Source: an uncultured Planctomycetota bacterium (GTDB lineage Bacteria; Planctomycetota; Planctomycetia; Isosphaerales; Isosphaeraceae). Taken from it: 64,000 nucleotides of DNA. Below the pieces are notes generated by a model that made no database searches, had not been told where the DNA came from, and saw only the letters and a program-made list of their open reading frames with translations. The translations under genes and the position numbers were made by a program. The stretch lies in NCBI GenBank assembly GCA_963823665.1, contig CAWGMQ010000003.1, forward strand, positions 96,001-160,000, read 5' to 3'. This document shows, in pieces, positions 11,467 through 22,328 of this stretch (positions are counted from its first letter, which is position 1; the number at the start of each line of letters is the position of its first letter).

Positions 11467-12852
11467 ATGGCTTACGACTACGACATCGTCGTCCTGGGCG
11501 GCGGTCCCGCCGGATATGCCGGCGCCATCCGTGCCGCCCAGCTCAAAAAACGCGTTTTGTGCGTCGAGCGAGACAAGCTCGGCGGCATCTGCTTGAACTG
11601 GGGATGCATTCCCACCAAGGCGCTCCTGACCAACGCCCATCTGGTCGAGTTGATCAAGCACCACGGTGCAAACTTCGGCTATAGCGGCGAGCCAACCTGG
11701 GATTTCGCCCAGATCATCAAGCGCAGCCGCAACGTCGCCGGCCAGTTGAATAAGGGCATCGAAGGCTTGTTTCGAAAATACAAGGTAGGCTCGAAATTCG
11801 GCACGGCGAAGATCATCGCGCCCCACAAGGTTCAGATAGGAAGCGAGACAGTCACGGCCCAGTCGATTGTCATCGCCACAGGGGCACGGCCGCGGCCCCT
11901 CCCCGGCCTCGACTTCGACGGCAAGACCGTGATCACTTACAAGGAGGCGATGTCGCTGCCGAGCAAGCCGGAATCAATGCTCATCCTGGGCGCCGGCCCG
12001 ATCGGGCTCGAGTTCGGCTATTTCTACAATGCGATCGGAACCAAGGTCACCGTCGTCGAGTTGCTCGACCGCGTCCTTCCCGCCGAAGACGAAGACGTGT
12101 CTGCGGCCTTGCACAAGAGCCTCGCGAAGCGCGGCCTCACCATCATGACGAGCTCAAAGACCACCAAGATCGAGAAGACCTCCTCCGGCATCAAAGCCGA
12201 GGTCGAGACGAAAGACGGCAAGAAAACCGTTGAAGCCGCAACCTGTCTGGTCGCCATCGGAGTGCAAGGCAATGTCGAAGGGCTCGTCGCCGACGAGCTC
12301 AAGCTCGAGATCGTCAAGAACCACATCAAGGCCGACCCCAAGAACGGTTATGTCACCAGCGTGCCCGATTTCTACGCCGTCGGCGATGTCATCGGCCCTC
12401 CCTGGCTGGCCCACGTTGCCACACACGAAGCCATCTGCTGCATCGAGCGCCTCTGCGGCTTCGCCGACCATACGATCGACTACTCGAATATCCCGGGCTG
12501 CACGTACACGGACCCCGGGGTCGCGAGCGTGGGCCTGACGGAGCGCGCCGCCAAGGAAGCTGGCCACGAGGTGCGCATTGGCAAGTTCCCCTTCCAGTTC
12601 AGCGGCCGCGCGATCGCATCAGACGAAACCGAGGGGTTTGTGAAACTCGTCTTTGACACTAAGTTCGGCGAGCTTCTGGGAGCCCACCTGATCGGCTCGC
12701 AGGCCACCGAATTGATCGCCGAGCTGGTCATGGCCAAGAAGCTCGAGGCGACAGAAGAAGAAATCATCCAGGCCATGCACCCTCACCCCACCTACTCCGA
12801 AGCCATCATGGAAGCCGCCGGCCAGGGATTGGGGCAGTCCGTTCATATCTAG
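11467..12852 (+). CDS. lpdA: Dihydrolipoyl dehydrogenase (E3)
   Basis: GGGPAG, GGICLNWGCIPTK, GAGPIGLE, HPHPTYSE. Confidence 0.96.
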   Translation: MAYDYDIVVLGGGPAGYAGAIRAAQLKKRVLCVERDKLGGICLNWGCIPTKALLTNAHLVELIKHHGANFGYSGEPTWDFAQIIKRSRNVAGQLNKGIEGLFRKYKVGSKFGTAKIIAPHKVQIGSETVTAQSIVIATGARPRPLPGLDFDGKTVITYKEAMSLPSKPESMLILGAGPIGLEFGYFYNAIGTKVTVVELLDRVLPAEDEDVSAALHKSLAKRGLTIMTSSKTTKIEKTSSGIKAEVETKDGKKTVEAATCLVAIGVQGNVEGLVADELKLEIVKNHIKADPKNGYVTSVPDFYAVGDVIGPPWLAHVATHEAICCIERLCGFADHTIDYSNIPGCTYTDPGVASVGLTERAAKEAGHEVRIGKFPFQFSGRAIASDETEGFVKLVFDTKFGELLGAHLIGSQATELIAELVMAKKLEATEEEIIQAMHPHPTYSEAIMEAAGQGLGQSVHI

Positions 12853-13007
12853 ATCATTGATCGTTGTGCAACAACGATCAATGATTGGTTGCCGCGGTCT
12901 GGTCGGGCACTCGCTCGGGCGCGGCGACGACGGGGCCCAGAGTCGCCTTTCGCTCCGGGAAAGTGCGTGTCGTTGCTCCGACGCTCGGCATTGGAACATC
13001 CGCCCGC

Positions 13008-14555
13008 TTACGGCCTGAGCTGGTGCCTCTCCTCAAGGGCCGGCAGCCGATAGATCAGATCGCCCGAAGGCTTGATATCGCGGTCGCAATCGACGCGCCC
13101 GCCCTGGTCGATGCCGTCCCGCCCGATTGAATACACGACCGGTTGTCCATCGATCACAGTGAGCTTCATCGGTTGGCCGTCATAGGGATCAAGCGGCACG
13201 GTTTTGAGCCCAACCCCTTTCACAACCGACGCCAGGTCCTTGGGTAATCCGCGATGGGAGATTTGCCATCGCTTCAAGGCGACCAGGCACTCCATTGCGC
13301 GAAGACTGGCCAAAGTGCGGGCGGCCGCTCGAGCAACAGCTTCGATTCCTTCGGGTTGCTCCAAGCCACGGACCACGAGAGAGAGGGGGTCGGTGCCCGA
13401 AGCCGCCGTGAGACCGGTGACTTTCTCGATTCGGCGCGAAAACGGCAGCGTGCTCATGTCCAGAAGATTTCGGTAGAATTGAGTCATCTCCTTGGTGTGG
13501 CGCGATACCTCGGCGGGCGTCGCACGCGCAACGATTTGATCCCAATCACCCCCCGGCTGACCGGATTTTGGATCATCGCCCGGTGCGTGCGACATCGCGC
13601 CGCCGGTAATTACAGCGCGCACCACCGACTCACCCCTCTTGAGCCCGAACGATGTGGCGAGTTTGCTCTGATCGTGGACGACGCTCTCGAGAGTCGAGCG
13701 CGCTACAAGGTACGCCGCCCGCAGCCCCTCGGCATACCCGTCGACGGATTTCGCGTCATGTGTTTCAAGCACCTTCATCAGTCGCTCGCACTGCTCGGCT
13801 CGCAACCGCGGCGAAGCCAGGACGGTCGGAACCGCGACCGAGCAGATATACTGCGAGCACGCGTCCGCCACAAGCTGAGTGATCACGATGCCCCGAGGCC
13901 TCAGATCTTTGGCCAGCCTGAGCACCAGCTCGATCTCGTAGATCGCCGCGGCGATATCGCCGCGCTGTACGGCGCGTTGCACCTTCAGTATCGAAATGCG
14001 ACAAACCTCGCGGGCCACTTGAGCGTGGGGAAGAAGCGTCGCGATGTCGAAGCCAGTCTCGAAGACGCACTGGTTCAGGCGCTGGGCTCCGGCGAGCTTC
14101 CTGTAGCCTACGTCGTGGAGTTTGATGAGGGCATCGACGGCGGAAGCGTCCAGCTCGAGCTTCGAATCGGCGCCGACGGTCTGGACCAGATCGGCGTACT
14201 GCTTCGCGCGATCGCGCGCCGCCTGGGTTCGCCGATCCCGCTCCGGGCCCGCCGGGAAACACACTTCCACATCAGCCGCGAACTCGAAGAGCGCGTCGAG
14301 ATAAAGCGGCGCGGCATTCTTTTCCCGCGGCACGGCTTTGAAGAACGCATTGACGTCGAACGGAGCATCCGCGCCAACCCCCGCCGGAGCCTTGGTCACC
14401 GCGCCGGGCACTCGCGGATAGGTGCCTCGCGTCGAGGTTCGCACCGAGACTTCCTGGCCGATCGCAGCTATCGCGACCAGAAATAAAACGGCCGTCCGAA
14501 CAGCGCCGAGCGCGATCTTGCTCGCCGCGCGGTGCTCGGTCTTCGTCGAGTGCAT
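13008..14555 (-). CDS. Exported hypothetical protein with a GspG-like C-terminal tail
   Basis: Signal-peptide-like N-terminus, NAAPLY, C-terminal PLDPYDGQPM..VVYSIGRDGIDQGG; GGAGG RBS upstream. Confidence 0.65.
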   Translation of the reverse strand: MHSTKTEHRAASKIALGAVRTAVLFLVAIAAIGQEVSVRTSTRGTYPRVPGAVTKAPAGVGADAPFDVNAFFKAVPREKNAAPLYLDALFEFAADVEVCFPAGPERDRRTQAARDRAKQYADLVQTVGADSKLELDASAVDALIKLHDVGYRKLAGAQRLNQCVFETGFDIATLLPHAQVAREVCRISILKVQRAVQRGDIAAAIYEIELVLRLAKDLRPRGIVITQLVADACSQYICSVAVPTVLASPRLRAEQCERLMKVLETHDAKSVDGYAEGLRAAYLVARSTLESVVHDQSKLATSFGLKRGESVVRAVITGGAMSHAPGDDPKSGQPGGDWDQIVARATPAEVSRHTKEMTQFYRNLLDMSTLPFSRRIEKVTGLTAASGTDPLSLVVRGLEQPEGIEAVARAAARTLASLRAMECLVALKRWQISHRGLPKDLASVVKGVGLKTVPLDPYDGQPMKLTVIDGQPVVYSIGRDGIDQGGRVDCDRDIKPSGDLIYRLPALEERHQLRP

Positions 14556-14681
14556 GCCATAGCCTCCAAGGTGCATTCTGTGCTTGGTCGGGTGGCATTC
14601 TACACGAACTGGCCCACTACCGCGCCGATTTGCTATCCTTGAGGTCAATCAATACTCGATGACTTGACGTGGGGAGTGGGC

Positions 14682-15122
14682 ATGTCAGCCGAACTAATCC
14701 ATGACCGCGGCCGTGGCCCGGAGATCGTGGGAACGCGGATTACCGTCTATAACTTGCTTCCCGACTTTCTGGACGCCGCCAAGACCGAAGCGGAAATCTG
14801 CGAGTTCTACGAGCTGCGGCCCGAGCAGGTTGCGGCCGCGAGAGCTTACGTGCTCAATAACGCCGAAACCGTACTGGCCAAACATCTCGAGTTCGAAGCA
14901 AGGCTCGCGGGCGGAAATCCTCCGGAATTGACCGAGAAATTACGTGAAACACACTCCACACTCCTGAAGTTCAAAGAATGGCTCGTGAGCCGTGAAAAGG
15001 CGGACGCCGAAAATGAAACGACCGGCCAGATAGCGGAAGGAAACGCGAATGGCTCGCCTCCGTTTCTGAAATTCAAATCATGGCTCGCGGAACAGGCCTC
15101 GGCACCGAGGGCCGGGTCGTGA
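14682..15122 (+). CDS. DUF433 domain protein (putative antitoxin)
   Basis: GRGPEIVGTRITVYNLL..EICEFYELRPEQVAAARAY. Confidence 0.8.
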   Translation: MSAELIHDRGRGPEIVGTRITVYNLLPDFLDAAKTEAEICEFYELRPEQVAAARAYVLNNAETVLAKHLEFEARLAGGNPPELTEKLRETHSTLLKFKEWLVSREKADAENETTGQIAEGNANGSPPFLKFKSWLAEQASAPRAGS

Positions 15123-15238
15123 AAATGCAGGGTCTGGTGGGCGATCGCAATGTGGCGTACACGATCGCCGACGTGCGGTTCGGCATCGCCGGCGACCACG
15201 AGTACTGCGATCGCCCAAGAATCTTCGTCCCCGATTAG
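15119..15238 (+). pseudogene. Internally deleted DUF5615/PIN-like toxin remnant (39 codons)
   Basis: GTGA-coupled to the DUF433 gene; MKMQGLVGDRNV resembles a PIN first strand and ...PRIFVP resembles the family C-terminus, with the middle missing. Confidence 0.45.
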
Positions 15239-15276
15239 GCGAAGGTGGTCCGATCCGCGGTCCACGAGCGTCCGAA

Positions 15277-16116
15277 TCAAACTGCCGCTACTTGAGCCCC
15301 CTCCCGCACCTTGATTTCCAGCTTCTGAAGCGTCCCTTCAAACCGCTTCCATGGCACGCTCTTGGAAGGCAGTGGAGCGCACTTCGTGTCGAGCCCCAGG
15401 TCCAGCAAGTACATCGTCTCTTCAAAGTTCGCACGCCGGCCCGCCGCACGGCGGCCCGCGATCGCGGCCTCCTGGCGCTCAAATTCCACTGCCGTGTTCA
15501 TCAGAGTGAGTATCCGCTCGCCGTGACTGGCGTGTTCGACTTCGATCGCTGCGCACTCGTCCCAGTCGCGGAACCGCAACAGGTCGTCGCGCCGGATGAG
15601 GAGCACCGTCGACAGGAAGTGGCCGCCGAGGTAAAGCGCCCCGCGCTCGTACACCGGTGCCATCACCCATACGTCGTGCCGGAACCCGCGCTCCCTCAAC
15701 TGCCCGCAAACCCAGATCGCAAGCTCTTGAAGGAGATAGGAACCCATCTTTCCATCCATCGAGACCAGCGGGCGAGCCGCCGTCGTCGCACCCGTGCGGG
15801 TCTGAAACTCGTCGCGGGCCGCCTGATTCGGAAACACCGTCTCGATCGGATCGCGCCCGCACGACCGGATGCGCATCACCTGCGTTCCATCATCGCGGCG
15901 GTCGAGCAAGATCTTCTCGATCGTGACCACATCCTCCGACACCCCGCCCTCCGCGATCTTCTTCTGGCGATACCTGCGCCACATGGCCCAGAGCCGCCCT
16001 GCCACCACACCCAGAATAAAGAACGCCCCCGTCGCGACCACCCGGAGAATCTCCACGCGCAACGGAGAGTTCCAGAAACCCTCGAGCCGCAACAGAGAGC
16101 CCCAAAAGTCGGACAC
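15277..16116 (-). CDS. Hypothetical protein with one N-terminal TM helix
   Basis: Long ORF with coding-like bias; hydrophobic VVATGAFFILGVVAG then a basic stretch; GTG start chosen. Confidence 0.6.
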   Translation of the reverse strand: MSDFWGSLLRLEGFWNSPLRVEILRVVATGAFFILGVVAGRLWAMWRRYRQKKIAEGGVSEDVVTIEKILLDRRDDGTQVMRIRSCGRDPIETVFPNQAARDEFQTRTGATTAARPLVSMDGKMGSYLLQELAIWVCGQLRERGFRHDVWVMAPVYERGALYLGGHFLSTVLLIRRDDLLRFRDWDECAAIEVEHASHGERILTLMNTAVEFERQEAAIAGRRAAGRRANFEETMYLLDLGLDTKCAPLPSKSVPWKRFEGTLQKLEIKVREGAQVAAV

Positions 16117-16608
16117 AGTCGTTGTCCTTCCGTCTAAAAAGGTCGTCAACCCACCCCGGCGAGCACCTTCCGCGAAGCCAGTTCGTTTTCCATTGGAAGC
16201 CCCATCGACCCGAGACATCTCGTCGGGATGATCGCAACCACGTTCGTCGAATCTCGCTCCCAAGCACGTCCTGATGGACCGCGCACGTGTATTCGTCCAT
16301 GCGCGGGCAATCTTTGATCGGAATCGCGCCAATGATACTGGTTTTGCGTTCAGTTCGATTCGCGGTCACGCTGACGGGCCCGTCCGGGAAATGGACCTCG
16401 CCGACGTCGCCGCTCTGTCTCAAGCGCCCGAAAGCCACAAGACGCGTGCCATGGCTGCTTGACGGCGCTTCCTCTCTAGTCTTAAATTCTAAGGGGCGAT
16501 GTATGGTTGCCTATTCCGGTGGAATTCACGGACTTCATTTCCGTTCCGGCATGTGGCTCTAGCGCGGAAGTAATTTGGGCGAAAGCGGTTGTGGTGGAGG
16601 ACCCGAAG

Positions 16609-19369
16609 ATGCCTGGGCGTTCTCTCGCTCTCAAATGGATCGTTCCGGTTGGCCTGGCCTTGATGCTTTGCGCCACGAGCGCATGGGCACAGCCCGGCGA
16701 AGATCCAAGAACGGCCCCACGATTCCTGAAAGAGCTGAGAGACCAGGGCCTCGACGACATGGCGCTCGATTACATCAAGGTCCTCAAAGCCGACACGGGG
16801 CTCCCGGCCGAGTTCAAGGACATCCTCGATTACGAGGAAGGCGCGCACCCTGATCGATGAGGCCGCCAGGTCGAACGACCTGGTGCTGCGCGAAGAGCTT
16901 CTTCGAGACGCGTCCGATAAGCTCGACGGCTTCGCGAAAGCACACCCGAAGCTCCCGCAGGCGCGCGAAGCCCAGGTGCACATGGGCAAGCTGCTCTTGC
17001 AGCGCGGCCACACAGCGATGCTTCTGAGCGAAGACGCCCAGGATGCGGCCAAGAAAGCGGCCAAGGTCGCCGAGGCTCGGGCGGCTTTCAATCAGGCACG
17101 CGAGGCTTACGGCAAGGCAATCGAGCCGCTCAAGGCCGAGCACAAGAAGTTCGCCCATTTCCTTGAGAAAGACGACCCCAAGATCGCCGAGCGCGACGCC
17201 ATCTACACGACGCTGCTGGACGCGATGCTCCAGCAAGGCGTCGCCGACTACGAGCTGGCCGAGACTTACCCGGAGAAGTCGCCCGAGCGGACGAAGTCAC
17301 TCAAGGACGCGTTGGCCCAGTTCGACGACATGTACAAGAACTATCGCGCCCAGTGGGCTGGCCTCGCCGCCCGCATGTGGCAGGCCAAGTGCTTCGAGGA
17401 ACAAGGCGAGATCGGTGCCGCAGTCGCGATCTACAAAGAGCTCATGGGCCACACCGAACCCGCGCTGCGCGGCCTTCAGCTTCACGTCGGCTACTTTTAC
17501 ATTGTCGCGCTGGGGAAGCGCAAGCAGTATGCCCTGGCGGCCGACGAAGCCGCTCGCTGGCTTTCCTTCTACAATCGCCGCGGTGAGCACACGTCCGCCG
17601 CCGGCGTTGGCGTCTTGACCGAGTACGCGAAGAACCTCGACGCCCAGATGCCCGAGATCACCCCCAATGAGCAGCCCAGGGCAAAGAAACTCATTATCGA
17701 CTCGGCCAGCCAGGTGGTTCGCTTCGCGTCTCCGTACAAGAAAGACGCGCTCGATCTCCTCAAGAAGTACAAGCCCAGCGCCGCGCTCAAGGCCGAGGAT
17801 ATTCTCCGGATCACCTATGAAGACGCAGTCGAGAAGGCCAATGAAGCCATCGGTGCACAAGACTGGCCCAAGGCGATCACTTTGCTCAAGGCGGCCATCC
17901 GCAAAGCCGACCCGGCCCGCAATGTCGAGAAGGCAAACCTCGCCCGCCACACGCTCGCATTTTGTTATTACAAGAATAACCAGTTCTACGAAGCCGACGT
18001 CCTCGCCGAGCACCTCGCCAGGCGCTACCCGGGAGGCGGAGTCTCCCCCCAGTCAACCGAAATCGCCATGCAGTCGCTCGCCGATGCCTATAGCACCTAC
18101 ACTGAGGTCGATCGCATGAGCGATTTGAACCACCTGATCGACCTGGCAACCTATACGGTCGAGACGTGGCCCGAGAAGGAACAGGCCAACGCCGCCCGGA
18201 TGAACTTGAGCATGATCTATTTCGGAATGGGGCGCTATGACGAGGCGATCAAGGCATTGACCGACGTGCGCACTCGCTCGCAGCAATGGATCCCCGCGCA
18301 AAACCGGTTGGGCATGGTGCACTGGCGCAAGAGCCGCGTCGCCGAGAGCAAGGGTGATGCCGCCGGCTCTCAGGCCGAGGCCCAGAAGGCGATCGACACT
18401 TTGAACACCGCCCTCAAGGCGCGCCGGGATGCCGGCACCGGTGTCACCGATCCCGGCTTGATCGGAAACGTCGCCGACCTGGCCACCGTATTCAGCGAAA
18501 CCGGCAAGCCCGCGGAGGCACTTGCCCTGCTCGACCCGGTCATCAAGGCCCAGACCGTCAAGACCGGGCCCGGCTTCTCCCTCCTGATGGAAGCCCAGCT
18601 CAAAGCGTTTATCATCACCGGCAACGTCGACGCCGCGATCAAGTCCATGCAGGACCTCGAGCAGGCCGGCGGAGCAGCCGGACGAGCCCAGCTCTACTTC
18701 AAGCTCGGCAAACTGATCGAGAGAGAGCTTGAAAACGTGCGCGCCAAGAAGAATACCAAGGCACTTGCCGACTTGAGCCGCTCCTACAAGACATTCCTGA
18801 CCACCGTCGCCGACTCCAAGACCGGCCAGACCTACGAATCACTGGATTGGGCCGGTTCCAGCCTGCTGGCGCTCGAGGCCAACCAGGACGCCGAGAAGGT
18901 CTTCCGCCGCATGCTGAGCGACTACACGCAAGATGCTCAGTTCCTTGCGCAACCCAGCAGCACGGGCCGGTTGGTCCTCGTCCGGATCAAGCTGGCCTCC
19001 GCCTTGAGGGGTCAGAAGAAATTCGACGAGGCCAACTCGCTGCTCGATGAAGTACTCACCCACAAACCCCCTTATCGCGAGGCGTTGCTCGAGAAGGGAA
19101 TGCTCCTCGAGGCCGAAGCCGAGGCGGGCCAGGGAAGCTGGGCGCGCGCGATCAACCACTGGGAAGACCTCACCAGGATCATGGAGCGGTCCCGCCCGCG
19201 GCCCGCGGCCTACTACGACGCCTGGTACCACGTGGCATGGGGGTTTTCCAAGCAGAACAACACCGCCAAGGCCCGCCAGGCCTTGATGGGCGTGATGCGG
19301 CTCTCCCCCGGTGTCGGCGGCCCCGAAATGAAAGCCAAGTACCAGGGCCTGCTCGCACGGCTCAAATGA
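16609..19369 (+). CDS. Large exported TPR-repeat protein (frameshift ~16843)
   Basis: GGAGG RBS and signal peptide in ORF 16507..16860, which joins the 828-aa Ala/Leu-rich helical-repeat ORF. Confidence 0.8.
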
Positions 19370-19388
19370 TTCAGGAAGGGAACAAGAT

Positions 19389-20465
19389 ATGCCAACGCGA
19401 TTTCATGCTTGCGGCTCTCAGAGGCTTTTGCGATTCGGCGTCGCGGTCCTTGTGATCCTCGCCGGAGGCAATGCCTTCTCCGATGATGTGAATCTGGTTA
19501 CAGGTGCGAAATTCGAACAGGCGATCGGCGGGCGCGTTCGCGGCCAGGTGCAGTCCGAGTCGGCAAGCGAAGTTGCCGTGCAACTGGGCGGCAACACGAT
19601 CAAGGTGCCCACCGAATTGATCCAGTCGATCCGCTACGACGGCCAGTCGGCATCGTTCGCGCTGGGCGAGGCCCGCGAATCGTCAGGCCAGCTCGCCGAG
19701 GCAGCCGACTTCTTCAAGAAGGCTGCTGCCGAATCGGCCAGCAAGCCGTACCCGCAGCAGGCAGCCCTGTTTCGCGAAGCCGAGGTCTTGACGGATCTCG
19801 CCGCCGTCGAGCCCAACCGCATCAAGGACGCCAAGGACGCCCTCAACAAGTTTGTCAGGCAGTATCCCAGCAGCCGCCACACTCTCAGTGCACGCGCCTG
19901 CCTGGCGCGGATTCAGTTGGCCTCCGGCGATTTCCCGGCCGCCGAGTCCGCCATCGCCGAGCTCGCCAGGCTTCCCAAGGGGGCAGAGCGTGCAGCCGTT
20001 CTCCGCACCAAGCTCCTCGCCAAGCAGAACAAGCACCAGGAAGCAATCGACGAGCTCGACAAGTTGATCGCATCGTCCCCCAAAGGCTCGGAGCGTCTGC
20101 GGGCCGCCCAGCTCGCCAAGGCCGAGAGCCTGGCTGGTCTGAAGGATTTCGCCAAGGCCGAGACCCTGCTGCGCGAGGTCATCAAGTCGACTCCGCCCGA
20201 AGACGCCGCCGGCCAGGCTCCTGCGTACAACACCCTGGGAGACTGCCTCCGCGCCGCCAATCGCCCCAAAGACGCCCTTCTCGCTTATCTCCACACCGAC
20301 CTGCTCTACAGCAAAGACAAGGAAGAGCACCCGCGAGCGCTACACCAGATCTCGGCGCTCTTCCGCAAGCTCAAGCTGGACGCCCGCGCCGACGATTTCG
20401 CCCAGCGCTTGAAAAGCGAATACCCACACAGCCGGTGGACGACCGCCAAGTCTGACGAAGGGTGA
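19389..20465 (+). CDS. Exported TPR-repeat protein
   Basis: Signal-like N-terminus; AYNTLGDCLRAANRPKDALLAYLH TPR; ends LKSEYPHSRW. Confidence 0.8.
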   Translation: MPTRFHACGSQRLLRFGVAVLVILAGGNAFSDDVNLVTGAKFEQAIGGRVRGQVQSESASEVAVQLGGNTIKVPTELIQSIRYDGQSASFALGEARESSGQLAEAADFFKKAAAESASKPYPQQAALFREAEVLTDLAAVEPNRIKDAKDALNKFVRQYPSSRHTLSARACLARIQLASGDFPAAESAIAELARLPKGAERAAVLRTKLLAKQNKHQEAIDELDKLIASSPKGSERLRAAQLAKAESLAGLKDFAKAETLLREVIKSTPPEDAAGQAPAYNTLGDCLRAANRPKDALLAYLHTDLLYSKDKEEHPRALHQISALFRKLKLDARADDFAQRLKSEYPHSRWTTAKSDEG

Positions 20466-22300
20466 CGCTTCAAACTCGAATGCTTCCCATCAGTCCGATG
20501 GTTTCGCTTGCGTTTGCTGTTTATTCCAGCAGGGGCGTTTTCGCCGTGCTCCTGGGCTCAGGAGCGTCAACGGCCTCGGGTATCCCGACGGGATGGGAAA
20601 TCCTCATCGACCTCATCAGGAAGCTGGCGGAAGTCCAGGGCAAATCTTGCGGCGACGCCCCAGACAAATGGTATGAAGCCGAGTACGGCGTATCTCCAAA
20701 TTACTCCGACTTGATCAAGGCACTTTCCAAGACTCCTGCGGAAAGCGGTCTCCTGCTTCGAAGCTATTTCGAGCCAACCTACGAGGATCGCGAGCAGGGC
20801 AAGAAAGTGCCCAGCCCGGCGCACAAGGCAGTGGCCCAGCTCGTCGCACGCGGATATGTGCGCCTGATTGTGACGACGAACTTCGACCGATTGATGGAAC
20901 AAGCTCTGGAATCGGCTGGCATTGTCCCGACAATCATCTCCTCGCCCGACGCGATTCAAGGTGCGATTCCGCTTGCCCATTCGCGTTGCACAATCGTCAA
21001 GGTGCATGGTGACTACCTGGACACGCGCCTCAAGAACACGCGTGACGAACTCGAGACCTACGACGAGCGAACGGATCGATTCCTGGATCGAATCTTCGAC
21101 GAGTACGGCTTGATCGTCTGCGGCTGGTCCGCTGAGTGGGACACCGCATTGAGAAAGGCGGTCGCTCGAAGCCCGAATCGGCGTTTCACGACCTACTGGT
21201 CGTGCTTCGCCGCGATGACTCAGCCTGCGCTCGACCTTTGCACGTTGCGACAGGCGGAAGTGATCCACGGCCATGACGCCGATTCGTTCTTTGGCCTCTT
21301 GTCCGACGGTGTGAGGTCGTTGGCCAATCTCGCCGCTGAGCATCCGCTCACAACACCGGTCGCGGTCGCCACTCTCAAGCGATACGTTGCCGAGGCTCGG
21401 CACCGGGTCCGCCTGGAGGAATTCGTGCTGAAGGAGGTAGAGACGGCCAAGCAGCGCATCTTGAGCTGCATGAGAGGGCTCGACGTTGACCCGCAGAACA
21501 CCGACCGAGCGCCGGTACTATCTCATCTGGAGGCTTGTTCAGATCGATTGCTACGGCTCCTCATCGCGGGCGCGTACTGGGGAGTCGCGGCGCAACGAAG
21601 GCTGTGGATTGGTGCGATTGAACGAGTTTCCCGAACTATGTGCGAGCCGCCGGATTCGGCGCCCCAAAACAGCTTGAATCTCTACCCTGCAATGCTGATG
21701 TTCTACGGATGCGGGCTTGCGGCCATGCTCGGCGGAAGAAATGCTACACTTGCCCTGTTATTGACGCACAACGGCTTCCGCTCTCATCATGTGCTCATGC
21801 CGTTTCCTGTCTTTTTCTATAACACGCATCTAGGCAGCCCAATCGGTGCGTTCGCCCATGGGCTTTCAGATTCGGTAGGTTCCAGCCCCAGTCCCCGTCT
21901 CTGGCTTAGCACCCGGCTCGCCAAGGTGCTTCGCGAGCCACTCAGTTCGTTCCTACCAACCGACGACCAGTTCAGGATGCAGTTCGCTCGCTTTGAGTAT
22001 TTACTCGCACTTGCCTTTCTTGATTGGTCTCATGTCAATGATACGACTCGTATGCCAGCGATCAGCAATTGGGTGCCTCCCGGTACCTTCGAGAAGGAGC
22101 CTCTTGCGATAAGAGAGCTGAAGCTCGAGATACAGTCGAAGGGCGCCAAGTGGGCATTGCTTAAAGCCGGGCTTTGCGACGGATTGATGCACGTGCTTGG
22201 TCAACGGATCGATCAGCTCGACGCGATCATTCAATCGGCACGAAGGAACGCCGAATCGAATGCGATCTCAACGAGGACAGGCATGGAGGCGCATACATGA
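20462..22300 (+). CDS. SIR2-like (SIR2_2) domain protein with an unknown C-terminal domain
   Basis: LLGSGASTASGIPTG, VTTNFDRLME, VKVHGD, LIVCGWSAEWD; start may be the ATG near 20480-20498. Confidence 0.85.
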   Translation: MTLQTRMLPISPMVSLAFAVYSSRGVFAVLLGSGASTASGIPTGWEILIDLIRKLAEVQGKSCGDAPDKWYEAEYGVSPNYSDLIKALSKTPAESGLLLRSYFEPTYEDREQGKKVPSPAHKAVAQLVARGYVRLIVTTNFDRLMEQALESAGIVPTIISSPDAIQGAIPLAHSRCTIVKVHGDYLDTRLKNTRDELETYDERTDRFLDRIFDEYGLIVCGWSAEWDTALRKAVARSPNRRFTTYWSCFAAMTQPALDLCTLRQAEVIHGHDADSFFGLLSDGVRSLANLAAEHPLTTPVAVATLKRYVAEARHRVRLEEFVLKEVETAKQRILSCMRGLDVDPQNTDRAPVLSHLEACSDRLLRLLIAGAYWGVAAQRRLWIGAIERVSRTMCEPPDSAPQNSLNLYPAMLMFYGCGLAAMLGGRNATLALLLTHNGFRSHHVLMPFPVFFYNTHLGSPIGAFAHGLSDSVGSSPSPRLWLSTRLAKVLREPLSSFLPTDDQFRMQFARFEYLLALAFLDWSHVNDTTRMPAISNWVPPGTFEKEPLAIRELKLEIQSKGAKWALLKAGLCDGLMHVLGQRIDQLDAIIQSARRNAESNAISTRTGMEAHT

Positions 22301-22328
22301 GTGATAATGCCATCGCCGAGAATGAATT

